DNA of 64,000 bases from Amoebidium appalachense. Taxonomy: Eukaryota > Protista > Ichthyosporea. Each line of letters begins with the position of its first letter. The first letter of the stretch is position 1. Where the stretch lies: contig CAVNZM010000003.1 in assembly GCA_963693365.1 (NCBI GenBank), forward strand, positions 3,915,106 to 3,979,105, given 5' to 3'. Shown in pieces: positions 1 to 23,000 of the stretch. The notes below the pieces were generated by a model. That model had not been told where the DNA came from. It ran no database searches and saw nothing but the letters and a program-made list of their open reading frames with translations. The position numbers and the translations under genes were made by a program.

Positions 1-176
1 CACAGACACAGACATGAACACACATGCACATGAAAGCTGACAAACATGCAGTCAGAGCACACAGACACATACATTCACACACACGGACACGTGCACACAC
101 ACATGCAAACACACTTATGCACACATGCACATGCATACACACATATCACACACATACTCAAACACAAGCACACACA

Positions 177-236
<60 letters not shown>

Positions 237-324
237 AATTTATATAATAAACAACAGCAAGAAATGAGTTTCTTTGTCCTAACCAATATGCACACCAAAA
301 ATATTGTCTCCCCACCCACCACAG

Positions 325-10875
<10,551 letters not shown>

Positions 10876-11167
10876 TATTTTCAACAATTTCGAACGTGGG
10901 AAAATTGTAAATTTGAATTTGTAGATTTAATTTGAGCCGTTTGTACAAACGTTTGTAAGAGTAGGCCCATTGAATGTACAGTAATTGAAAATAGTTTTTG
11001 TAAGTAACACATAATGATTGGTTTTTTTCGCTCTTTTTACCCCTGGAACCAATTTCAACCTTTTTCACAGTTTTTGCATGAAGAGAGGAAAATGACAAAC
11101 CTGTACCTCGTTCTGGCCAGAAAGAATGTTATTTAGACTCACTGTTTGAGTGGTGAGGTATTTCCCC

Positions 11168-11224
<57 letters not shown>

Positions 11225-11458
11225 GCTAAACAACACCTGTACGTAGATGACGTATTTCGCCAAATTTGCAGATGTGTATATTGCGTAAGGTGAAATCCGA
11301 TCGTGTGCCCAGATTCCCGGAGCCGGATCGCCTTCGAGTTTGTAAAACTAGGAATTCCGGCTCACAGGAATCAATAAAGCTGATGATTTTTTCCAACGAC
11401 ATTTATCTCCCCCCTCCAACCCCCTTTTTCCGCCCCCCTCCCCCTCCTTCCCCCCCTT

Positions 11459-11490
<32 letters not shown>

Positions 11491-12791
11491 CCCCGGATCC
11501 CCGCGCCGCCGCCACAACCACCCACACACGGCGCACACACACACACATTACACACACACACAAACACACACGTGTACACACACACGTGCACCAGAAAAGC
11601 CTGCAAAACAAGCCCTTGCCGCGTGCACGAACAACAGAACCAGTTTGATTTATACGCATCGATAACAAGAATTGCAAAACTGCGCAGCAAGGCTGATGAA
11701 ACCAGATCATAGAATATATCAGCCCCCCTCTCCGTCTACCCCCCTCCCTCCCTCCCCGGCCCCTCCACCCCCGACTCCTCCCCCCCGCGCACACGCGTGG
11801 GTATACGCGCGGGCTCGTGCACCACATGTGCCCATGCATGGCTCGTACCCTAGTAGTGCACATTGTGCGTGCACCAGGCCACCAACTCCAAAAATTCGAA
11901 CGAGACTTTTCGAATTCACCCAGATGTCCTCAATGTTCATACATAAGCAGTGGGAATTGCAGTACTACACTACTCGTAACTCACGAATATATGATGTGGT
12001 CTCCTAGGAATGTACATGTTGCCAGCATAATAGACTGGGCTTTACTGTACTATGGTGCGGGACGCTGCGCCTGTGGCGACATATAAGGTTGTAGTCCGGC
12101 TATAGCTATGTCGGAGAGGTCGCCGGAGACAGCCGCTCAAGGTGTTGGCAAATGTGCGGACAGTCAAACCGTCGGAATGTGGTACTTGCTAAGCCAATCA
12201 TCAATAAGCATGTGTACAAGCAAAGCAATTAAGCTTTCTTATTGGGTTAATTGGTATCGTATTTTCCGGAATCAGCAGCTACGAGTGGTGCGGAGCGCAT
12301 CACAATAACAGCACACCACGTGATTGGCTTAGATAACAAACAGCATTTGCTAAACTCTCCGTTCGAACTTACCAAAAGAAACAGGGAGTGTCAGGCGTCC
12401 TTAGGGCTTGGCTCGCTCTTAAGTAGAAAAAGCGTGAATGTCTTTGTATTTGTACGCTTTGTTAAATACACATAGCCACGTGTGTCCCATCTGGCAATCA
12501 CTATGAAAATAGGATTGTGCGAGTCCCAGGCTGGGAAGGTGAGCTTGCGGTAGTCACTTTGAGTGCTGTCTCCCTGCGGCCCGCGGCGTAGTAGTGCTCA
12601 GCCACTTACGTAAGCCAGTGGGTACATAGCCTTGGAGACTAAGCTTGCGGGATTCGAAAGCTTGCATGTATAGTTAACACTGTTGCATGTCACGGCGTGT
12701 ACGAACTTACGGCCTCACTGGAAATAGAAAACTAATTTTAGAAACGGTTTGGAGGCTGTGGCGGTGCGTGCAAGTGGTGCAGATACCACTA

Positions 12792-13088
12792 CAGAGGCTG
12801 TCCGCCTTTAAGATCCTACGCTTTTAGGGGGTGGGGACGCAATCTTATTTTCAATTAGAGCCGGGGTCAAATTTTGGTATGCAAATTTTGGTCCGGTGTC
12901 CATAATCTTGGGGGAGGGGGGGGGGGGGGGGGGGGGGGGCTTAGCGAATCATTGCAACCTGAAGGGGTGGTAACGGACCCGCTTGCACGGGTATTATTAG
13001 GTGTGGTGGTGATGGTGGTGGAGGGGAGGGGGGAGGGGGGGAGGGGGGGGGGGGGGGGGGGGGGGAGTAGCAGCCGTACAAAAAGGAA

Positions 13089-13134
<46 letters not shown>

Positions 13135-13380
13135 AGTCAGGGCAGGGTCACAAAAGTCGCAAAGGTATTGTGAAGCCTAGACAAAATGGTGAAAAATTAT
13201 CTTGGGGGGACCATTATGGTGTCAAACAGCGTGAAATTATTCCCCCCGTACCTCATCTTCCCATATATAAATGATAAGATTGTCCCGAAAACAGACCCGT
13301 CGGCACAATCTTAAAATTTTGGCAAAATCGGCGTCGACGGAATCTTGTTGGCGGACAATCTTAAGGGCGGACGGCCTCTG
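12792..13380. mobile_element. MITE, Tc1/mariner/pogo-like (TA TSD, ~23-bp TIR)
   Basis: TA|CAGAGGCTGTCCGCCTTTAAGAT ... ATCTTAAGGGCGGACGGCCTCTG|TA (2 mismatches); no transposase ORF. Confidence 0.85.
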
Positions 13381-13521
13381 TACTAGAGTAGAAACCGCAG
13401 GACGCTAATATTAATTGGCTGACTCGGCCCGTTCGAGAGTCGAGACCGCGGCGGACATAAATGCACCACACACGTAAAAACGAAGAACAGTCTTTCGACG
13501 AAGCAGCAAGAGGAAAGGAAA

Positions 13522-14019
13522 ATGAATCTCTACACCGCCGTTGCCTTCGTGTTCTCCGCCGTGCACGGTGCCATTCACACGGCGGACGCAGCTCTAGCCG
13601 TCAAAAAGTGCTGCAGCGACAAGCAAATCACCTGCCTACCAACCGAACACACGAAGTACGGAAATGTGACCTACACCCCCTCTTGCTGTGGCGATGGAAA
13701 GTGGTATTGTCAGCGTAACGGTAAAGGCACAGCGGGGCACGTTTGCAATGGAGACAACCACGGCGGAATGAGCAAGGCGTGCCCGGTTGTCCCGGAGCAG
13801 AAATGTTGCAAGGGAACGAAAATCAAGTGCCCTCCCACTGAACAGACAAAGTATGGGAAGGTTACATACACACCCGTATGCTGTGGAAATGGGAAGTGGT
13901 TCTGTCAGCGTGATGGGAAGGGGACTGCCGGCCATGTGTGTGGCACCAAGGGGGCTGGAGGCAACAACGGTATCAGCCAGCAGTGCAATGCGGTTGTGGG
14001 CCCAAGGAGGCGCCATTAA
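13522..14019 (+). CDS. Secreted cysteine-rich protein (165 aa): signal peptide + two tandem 8-Cys repeats; intronless
   Basis: Hydrophobic N-terminus MNLYTAVAFVFSAVHGA. Repeats KKCCSDKQITCLPTEHTKYGNVTYTPSCCGDGKWYCQRNGKGTAGHVC...C and QKCCKGTKIKCPPTEQTKYGKVTYTPVCCGNGKWFCQRDGKGTAGHVC...C, with codon-level (synonymous) divergence between the repeats. Confidence 0.9.
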   Translation: MNLYTAVAFVFSAVHGAIHTADAALAVKKCCSDKQITCLPTEHTKYGNVTYTPSCCGDGKWYCQRNGKGTAGHVCNGDNHGGMSKACPVVPEQKCCKGTKIKCPPTEQTKYGKVTYTPVCCGNGKWFCQRDGKGTAGHVCGTKGAGGNNGISQQCNAVVGPRRRH

Positions 14020-14281
14020 ATTTTAAAGTCATACCGCACCATACCCGCGCTAAGTATCAAGTTGTAGCAGTTCTCAGCACGTGATGTCGATTTTTTTTTC
14101 AGTTGTTACGAAGAAAATGGTTTGTGCAACCAGATACTATGTTATGGGTCTGGGGCTAGCGCTGCTTGTTACCGAAAGTTGCGCGGTGCTATAAGCACTT
14201 TGCTATTTTGTTTATTTTTGAAAACTAGCCTCCTGTGTGGGTGCTGGTGCCCACCGCAAGGAATAAAAGGCTTAATTCACC

Positions 14282-14357
14282 TTAAAAGGTCATATTAATT
14301 AACGGTGTTAAGGTGGTACATCCATACCTTAACGCCGTTAATTAATGTGACCTTTAA
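14282..14357. mobile_element. Miniature palindromic element, Kolobok-like ends (TTAA-AGG...CCT-TTAA)
   Basis: AAGGTCATATTAATTAACGGTGTTAAGGT / ACCTTAACGCCGTTAATTAATGTGACCTT, ~29-bp arms with a short spacer, flanked by TTAA. Confidence 0.55.
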
Positions 14358-15202
14358 TCTACTCATTCAAGTTCTGTGGAGGTTACTCTTTATGCATGCT
14401 TCATACATAAACCAATGTTCGATTACAGTAGTATGTAAATGTGTGTGTGCTGTGTGTGTGCCTATCTAATAGTTACTAATAGTTGTAACTTCACACATCT
14501 ACCTCATTGTTATGTGTGCTGAACGAAGGTGGCGTGAGTAGATTATCCCAGAATGTGTATTGTTGTTATTTAACAATCTTAGACCGTTTGATTTATTCTT
14601 CCGCAATCATATAATAGTGTACAAAGCCGGCTTAGGCTGAGGCATATTGCTCACAGAACAATTGCTCAAAAACACCGGCTTTCCCAAACGAACTCCTTTT
14701 CCTTCAGAGTGTTTCGACAATACGTTTGGTGCCTTCAACAATCAAAATTTAGGTACACTACTGAAATTAAAAATCACCCTTAACCAGGCCTTTTCATAAC
14801 ACCAGGCCTTTTATCATATATATAATCATGTTTACTTCTATATGTACTTTATCTGACTATAGTTATACCTTCTCCTTGCATATTAAGCATATGTACTCAG
14901 TTCCATATTATTATCCCTATCAGTCTTTCTGCCAGCATTCTATTTCTCGGCCAATGTCAGCCGGAAACAAACATAACTTAAACAGGACTAAAAAAACCAA
15001 GCCAGAAAGAGTCATTAGTATACATATGTGCAATTAGTTACCGTGCGTATGTGTATGTTCATGGGTGTGTGATGCGAGAGAAATAGACTACATGTTTGTA
15101 CGTATCTTTACCCTTACCCGGCCTCAGTTGTTACGTGTTCGCGCATGCATTCGTAAAAGACAACCCAATTCAATTCTTTCTTTCCATACTCAGTTTTATG
15201 GC

Positions 15203-16447
15203 CTAATTCTCATCCTCCACACCATCCTCCTTCCCTTGCAAGTGCTTCCCTCCCCGCCCAATCCCGCCAGTCCCGCTCACAAGAAACGAATCCGTAAAAC
15301 CGAGATTCCAATACGGGTAAACCCCAAATTCCTCAAACGGACCCTCCCTGCTCTCATACAAGCCGGCCGCGCCCGCCACGTCAACCGTTGCGAGTTCCGG
15401 ATACGCCATAATTGCCGTATGGTAAAGGTATGCGCTAGCGTCTGTGAGTTCTTCCGTGTATTGAACTTCGATGCGTTTGCGCAGGTTCTGCATTTTCTTG
15501 TAGTATGGCGAGTGCTTGGGGACGTCGTCGACGTACTGGTTCTGGAAACCCGGGATGTAGAGCGTGGCGGCGGACCTGTGTGTGTGCGTGCGTCAGTGTG
15601 TGTGTGTTTGTGTGTAGGAAAGGTGAGGTGACGAAGGTTAGGTGTTTTTCTTGGGTTTTTGCGTTGGTCTTTGTGCGTGTGTGGCTGTGGTGGTTTTTGA
15701 TGAACATCTTCAACGCAGTTCGGATGGGATAAGACGGGGGGGGGGGGGGGGGGGGGGGGGGGGTTGTTCAAAGGGGGGTTTACATGTGTGAACCATTTGT
15801 GTAAATGGATTGTTATGATAGGCTTGAGGAATGTAAGCAGGCTTTAGTGTTGTGTCCGTTAACACGTGTTTTTTGAGGTGTGTGTGTATGACAGAAGCAG
15901 GAGGGGGGAGGGGAGACGGGGGGATGGAGAGATAACAAGTTGTGTGCCCGTATCTGTATCTGACATCCTGGGGTGTTGTAAGTGGAGCTGGAAAGAGTGC
16001 AAGTAGATCTGAGGAGCGCAGGGGCGGGGAAGGGGGGGAGAAGGGGGTTGTAAGAATTTCAAAAGGAAACACCAACCTGAGAATAGGCATCTTGGGTGTA
16101 TCCCTGTGCTTGTAACCAAACAGATCCACACCTGCCGCACGCGCCACCCTAGCCAGAGTGAACCAGGGCACAAGCTGCTTAAGGGCATAGGGCAAGCTCT
16201 CAATCACGTTTTCATCCTCGTAGCGAATGGAACCAAAGTAGCCGTTCTCGGCATAGGGCTGGGGGTTGTGGCGGATGGCAAACTGGTTCTGCATGCGCGC
16301 CCTGTAGAGAGAAAAGATTTGATGTTACTCCCATGCTCAGTGTAACAGCTCTTTGTTGTTGGCCTGAAAAATCCCCCTTCGTCCCAAACCACCTCCCCCC
16401 CCCCCCCCTGGGACCCCCATTTTCTGTCTCCAGCCCCCTGCTTCCCA

Positions 16448-16478
<31 letters not shown>

Positions 16479-17546
16479 CTGAAGACAAAGACAAACACTT
16501 GTTGGATTGCACACACTGCATGCCCCCATTCCATTCGGGTGATTCGCTCTTGTTTCCCTCTCAAACACAATTACACATAAGTCAACAAGGTTTACTCCAG
16601 AAAGTAAAACACAACACACAAACCTACTTTGAGTGCTTGACATAGTGCATAAACAGTGTCGTGTTTCCAGTAAACGCCGCCACTGCCGCCATCTGTAAGT
16701 CATAGTTGATGCCTCGTGGCCCCATGCTGCGGCCGTCAAACCCGTCCGTGCCCCTCTGCTCACCGAGCATAGACCCCTCCGTACGCCACATCACAAGCTC
16801 AATATAGCGCGAGAACCATTCTTGGAGCTGCAGAGAGAGGAGAAGGGGAATGTATGAGGTTAGAGAAGAAAAAGTAAGTGGCTGGTGGATAGAGAGCCTG
16901 AACGGGAAATGAAATGGTCCAGGGGGAAGGGGGGGGGATGGGGTGGGGGTGGGGGGAGAGAATGGAGGGACATAGAGGAAGAGATGAGAAAGCATGAGCT
17001 TTCATGGGGTGCTTGTGTGGGCACATGCACAACCAACTGAGCCTAAACACACAGCTGTGTTTAGGTGTGTATATTTCTGTGCTTATCTGTGTGTCCGTCC
17101 ATCCCGGGAGAGGGGGGAGGGGGGGGGGGAGGGGGGAAGAAGGGAGGGGCTTCAAAAAGTTAATTGAAAAGAAGGGTTTGAATGAAAAAAAATAAACAAT
17201 GAATAATGGGGAAGAAACTTTGAAGAAAGAAAGAAAAACAAGCAGAAACATGCACTCACCATGCCCATCTCCATCTTGGTCAGCACCTCCGACTTCCCAA
17301 CGATCTTCACAGCGTCCAAAAAGTAGAAGAAGTCCCTAGTCTCTATGCTCCCAACTACGTTTGTGATCACAACAGACCCGTCCTCCCTCACGGCGCCGAA
17401 AAGGTGGTCAACGAGAGCCTCTGGGCTGAGGGATGAGTCGCTGTCTAGGAAGAACGAGGAGAGGTGGCGGGCGGCCATGTTCGCATACTCTTTCTGTTTA
17501 TATATATATATATATATATATACATTTTTTTTGTATGTGTGTGTGT

Positions 17547-17580
<34 letters not shown>

Positions 17581-18182
17581 GGGGGGAGGGGGAGGGGGGG
17601 GGAGAGGGGAGGGGGTTAGAGTTGGGGAAAATCCACTCACCACCCAATTGCATACGTGCACCTCATCCTCCAATACCATTACCTACTGCAACTCCCCCCC
17701 CCCCCCAAAAAAAAAAAAAAAAAAAAAACAAACAAACATCTTCAGTAATGCACACACACCCTGCCAGCGAAGTAGTTAGCCAGGGCCAGACACGTACCCT
17801 GCCAGTGAAGTAGTTAGCCAGGGCCAGACACGTGACGTTTCTGAAGAGGGGCTGCAGCCGGCTGACAGGGATGACCTCATCGGGTTGCTCGTACGCACGG
17901 GGGTTAACTCCAATGGGGCCGTCGGGGTTAATGTCCCGCCTGGTGCGTGGAATGACAAAAAGGGTTAAAATTTGAGCTTGAGTAGGTGAAAAGGGAGAAT
18001 GAAAAGCAAGGAAAGCACGCGTGGAATGGGAGAGATGTTGGGCTTAGGAGTTTAGAAGTGAATGTGGCAATGGAAAGGTCTGACATTAGACGGTTTGGTT
18101 TCTTCTCAGAGACTGCCGTAGTCTGGAGAGTTGCACAAGAGAGAAAGAGTTACATTAAGTAGCAGCAGTATATCATACAAAC

Positions 18183-18226
<44 letters not shown>

Positions 18227-18327
18227 TAGGAATGGGAATGAACACACACACACGCGCGTGCGCGCACGCACGCGCACACACACGCACGCACGCACACCTG
18301 GTGAATGATTTTGCACCCATACACACC

Positions 18328-18384
<57 letters not shown>

Positions 18385-20047
18385 GGTGAACGCCTTTGCA
18401 CTCATAGCCTTATCAGCGCACTTCACCACCCCCTCCACAATTGCGGCCAGCCTTGGGTTTGCCTCAGGGTTGTTGACATAAGCGTTCCTCTCCGCATCCA
18501 AAACCGTCTCGTTCCAAATAAGGAGGTTGGATGGGTTAAAACCGTAGACGGTTTCGGCTGCCATCGCGTCGACTTGGTCGAGAATTAGGTGAACTCCTTG
18601 GCAACGGGCCAGCTTGCGCAAATCAGCAGAGTCTGTGTGTGTGAGGAGGGTGTGTGTGTGTGTGTGTGTGTGTGTATTGGGAAGGTAGGCGGAGGAGGTG
18701 GTGGTGGGGGGAAGGGGGGGGTATGAGGGTGGGTGGGGAGAGAGGGGGAGCGAGGGGGGTGGAGGGGAGGGGGGAGGGAGGGAGGGAAGGGGGATCAGAA
18801 ACCACACCACACTCTCATGGTTGGCTACTTTCTCACAGACCCAACACTGGGGCTGTCCACACTGCGCCGATTGACGCTCCGGATTGACCAAATTTGCCTA
18901 AATTGGATCGGAGTCCAATCGATCTGGCGTCCACGCTGAGTCCGATGGACTGCGCTTGCCAAATTTGGCCGATCCCAGTTAATCCGAAGTTCGGATTGAC
19001 TTCCGGATTAACTGCCAGTCCATCGGCGTTTCAATCCGAGCCCGGATTGAAGTTCAGTCCAAAACTAGAACCAATCATTCCGTGCTTTACCAAATTAGTC
19101 TATTCACACTTACTAATTAACTAATTGCAAAGAAAATAGCCAAAAATGGACCGCGCGTAAGGCATCCTAGACTTTATTAGTTTAAGTATTTTTTGGACGT
19201 GTAGCATGTCATCTACAGCACCTCTTTATTCTGATTGAAAATAATGATTGAAAATAATGTACAAATATTATGGAGTATATATACGCTAGCACCAGAAAAT
19301 ATGTTGAATACAGCGCCAGCGTTGCCGTCAATCGGTGACCAGTCTGGACGCTCCGATCGGTCGAGTGTGGTCAATCGGAGCTCCGATGGACTGTCAATCC
19401 GAAACCAGTCCATCGGCGCAGTGTGGACAGCCCCGCTATCACCCATACCACACCACTGCCTCCACAAGCATATACAAAGCAGACACGAACGACCCCTTCC
19501 CCCTCCCCCCCCCCCCCCCCATCCCCCCCCCCCCCCCCCCCTTATCCCTTTGCCAACCACCCCAACCCTTTCCTCTCCACCACTCACATACACAGACACA
19601 CGCACACACAGACACACAGACGATTATCCTAGCACCATCAATCCCGCCCGAAAAAAAGTCCATTAAAAGAAGAAAAAAAAGAAGAAAAAAAAAAGCGAAA
19701 AAAAAGAGAAAGAGACAGCAAGCAAGCAAACAAAACAAAAGAACCGGTACCTTTTGTGGCAACCTCCTGCTCCCCGCTTCCAGAGTACAACCTCGCCACC
19801 CACGATGCAACGGGAACACCTGCAGGGCCCACATCCACCTCCTTTGTGAAGTTGTATGGGGCCTCAAAGTAAGGGGCAGACGCCTTCACGTATTCGTCCC
19901 ATGGGCCAGGGATGCCCAGACGAAGAATCATGTCTACCTTGGGCCGACGACCGTATCTGTGTGTGTGGAAGGGGGGACGGGGGGAGGGAGGGGGGGGGGG
20001 GGGAGGGGGGGGGGGGGGAAGGGGAGAGGGGAAGAGGGGAAGAGGGG

Positions 20048-20079
<32 letters not shown>

Positions 20080-23000
20080 GGGGCATGTGGGTATTTGAGT
20101 ATACACGTCGGTGTCCGTGTAGGGGCGTTCAGAGGGCTATGGTAAGGGCGAGGAAGGGGATGAAGGGAGGAGTGGGAATAGGGGGAGGGAAAGGGGAGAA
20201 AGGAAAAGCCGAGGGCAAAAAGCGGCATGACACATACTGTAATAAGAGCAAATGAGCACATGCTGCATGTATGTGTACAAATGGTACATGTATGCATGTA
20301 CGTGCCCTTGCTGGGGAAGGAGGAGAAGCACACACACTATTTGCCCACTCAGAGTGCACCTACGTGTGTGTTAGTTTGTGTAAACGCGCACACGTATGTG
20401 TGTACATGGTTGTATACGCGTGCACGTGTGTGTGTGTGTGTGTGCGTGCGCGAGTGTGTGCACGTGCACACGTGCATGTTTGTGTGTGTGCATGTGTGTG
20501 CACGTGCACACGTGCATGTGTGTGTGCATGTTTGTGTGTGTGCACACGTCCGTGTTGTATGTTTGTGTGCATGCGCATGTATGTGCATGTGAATGCAGGC
20601 CAACCCACCTCTGGTTGTTGTTGAACCGTGCCTTTGAGTCATTGCGGAAAATCAATTGCGGCTCCTCCACAGCCTCGGGGCAGTACGTGGCGTCAAAAAG
20701 CAGTTCATTGTCCTGGTGAGGATAAGCAGTTAGCAAGGGCACGGATATATGTTGACGTCAGGATTTGTGCTTGTATGTCCGGGTGTGTATGAATGCATGA
20801 GTTTGTGTGTGCGGGTGTATTTGTGTGTGCGCGCGCACATGCGCGTGTGCGTGGTTGTCATGGTTTTGCCAGCAGAGAGAGAGAGAGAGCGAAAGAGGGA
20901 GACGTGAGAGAGTGAGAGAGAATGGAGTGATGTCTAGAGGGTTTGGTGGGGTTGTGGTGGTGGTGGTGGTGGGGGGGGTTTTGAATGCGTCAAAAAGTAC
21001 GAAGTACACAAGAACAAACGGATAACACGATGCAGAATGCAAGCCATACATAAAGAGTATGCATAATAAGCAGAGCCCATCCTCAGGGGGGGCCCACGTC
21101 ATCCACAGTACCCGAGTTTCGACCTATTCACCTCGTTAACGAAACCCAACTCAGATACTGTTTCACTTGAACATGGGTAGGTCACCCGTCTTGATCAGAG
21201 AGGAGCAGGGTTGCTTATGCAGGCAAGGGCAGTGGGAAAGGCCAGGGGTTAAAGTTGCAGCAGTAAGCAGAAGCAAGAAAAATGGGGGGGGGGGGGAGCG
21301 GTCTGTGTGTTCTCTTGGGGCAGGGCAGGGTGCAGGGGGGGGGGGGGGGGGGAGGAGGGGGAGGGGGAGGGGGGAAGGTTGCGCAGAGGGAATGGGTGAG
21401 GGGAAGTGGGTAGGTGGGGTGAGTGAGGGGGGAGAGGGGGGGTGGCAGAGGGGATGGGGGGTAAGTGGGCAGGGGAGGTGTCCGAGAGGGGGGGGAGGGG
21501 GGGGGGGGAGGGGGGGAAGGGGGGGGAGGGGAATAGAGAGAGAGAGAAGAGGGTACACACCTGCAGGCGTGCCATGGGGACATGGAAGTATTTTGCGTCT
21601 GTGCCCTTGGCCAGGATCGTCTCCCGCATGGTCTTCCAGGCAGACGCAGTCAGGAAGCAGTTGCCGTCCCACGGCATGATCCACCGGTACCCCGCCTGGA
21701 AAAAAAGAAAAAAATTTAAATAAATGTTAGAAGGGGGCTGTAGCATTGCTACGGTAAGTGGAAAAGGTAGAATGCGCACGTGTGTGTCTGTGTGTGTGTG
21801 TGTGCGTGCGTGCGTGCGTGTGTGTGTGTGTGTGCGTGCGTGTGTGTGTGTGTGTGTTTGCATGCTCCTGCGGCTGTCTGCACCTGTGTGTGCCCATGCG
21901 CATGTGCGTATTCACAATGAGCGCCTGTGATTGTGCGGTAGAGCTTCCTGCGGCAGTGTCAAAAACAATATCCATAAAATACTGATCCCCAAGCAAAAAA
22001 ACATTCTGAAAATTTCAATTACCTTGACACCGGATTCCAGCGCAGCGTTGCGTGCGCCATTGTTGTTGATGACGTGAATGTTCTTCTCGCGGTACATGTG
22101 GTCGATCACAGACGCACGGTACATGCTGGCCTTCTGCACATACCAAAGAAAAAAACACGAGATTAGAATTTGGCGCAAACAAAGAAACATTCGTGCACGA
22201 TTAAATTAAATCTGCCCCAGAGATGTCCCGGTTAGCAATAATTAACCGGGGTCGTCAGTATTCAGCCTCCCAAACACCTCAACCCTCCTCCCCCTCACCC
22301 ACAGAAAAATATAATCAAATAAAAATAACACCAATATGCCCCTCTGCCCTGGTCACCCCCCTCCCCCCCCCCCCCCAAAAAAAAAAAAAAAAAAAAAAAA
22401 AAGAAAAGGAAAGAAAAGGAAGGAAAGAAATCAGAGAGAGGGAGAGAAAAGGGGGGGGGGGGGGGGGGGGGGGGGGGGGATTCGGAGACAGTCAGAAAGA
22501 CACAGATAAAGAGAGATATCGACAGATAAAGGATAAAAACAAGAAGGGAAAAAAACACCCACCAGCCCCTCGCCGACATTCAAGTTCCTCCTGAGCACAT
22601 CATGGTCATGAAACCCCTCGTAGTGCACAGGCACCCTGCTGGCCTCCTCCAAGTCCAAGTGCAGAACCTCATATCTCTGCCTGTAGCTCTCCAACAAGCG
22701 AAAAAGCCTCTGTTCCTCCGTCTTGTTCACAATCTTGTTGATGATCCAGCGCCTGTCGAGCCCTGGAAGCTCGGGTTCGTTTTCAAGAATGAACTTGACG
22801 TTGTTGTATGACTGCCCGACCGCGTGACGTGGGGGAAGGTCGTTTCCTGTATTGTGTAGAGGGTGAGATTTGCTGAAAGATTGTGGAACGAAGAAAAGCA
22901 TGGACTTTTCCTAGAGTGAAGGGAGCAGAGCAGGGGGAGGGGGGTTACGGCTTGTGAAATGTACTGGTCGGTTTGTGGGTAAGGCAAATCAAGAACGGAG

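Noticed and set aside
12000-12780. Short ORFs in complex intergenic sequence
   Set aside because: No recognisable motifs or consistent splice structure.
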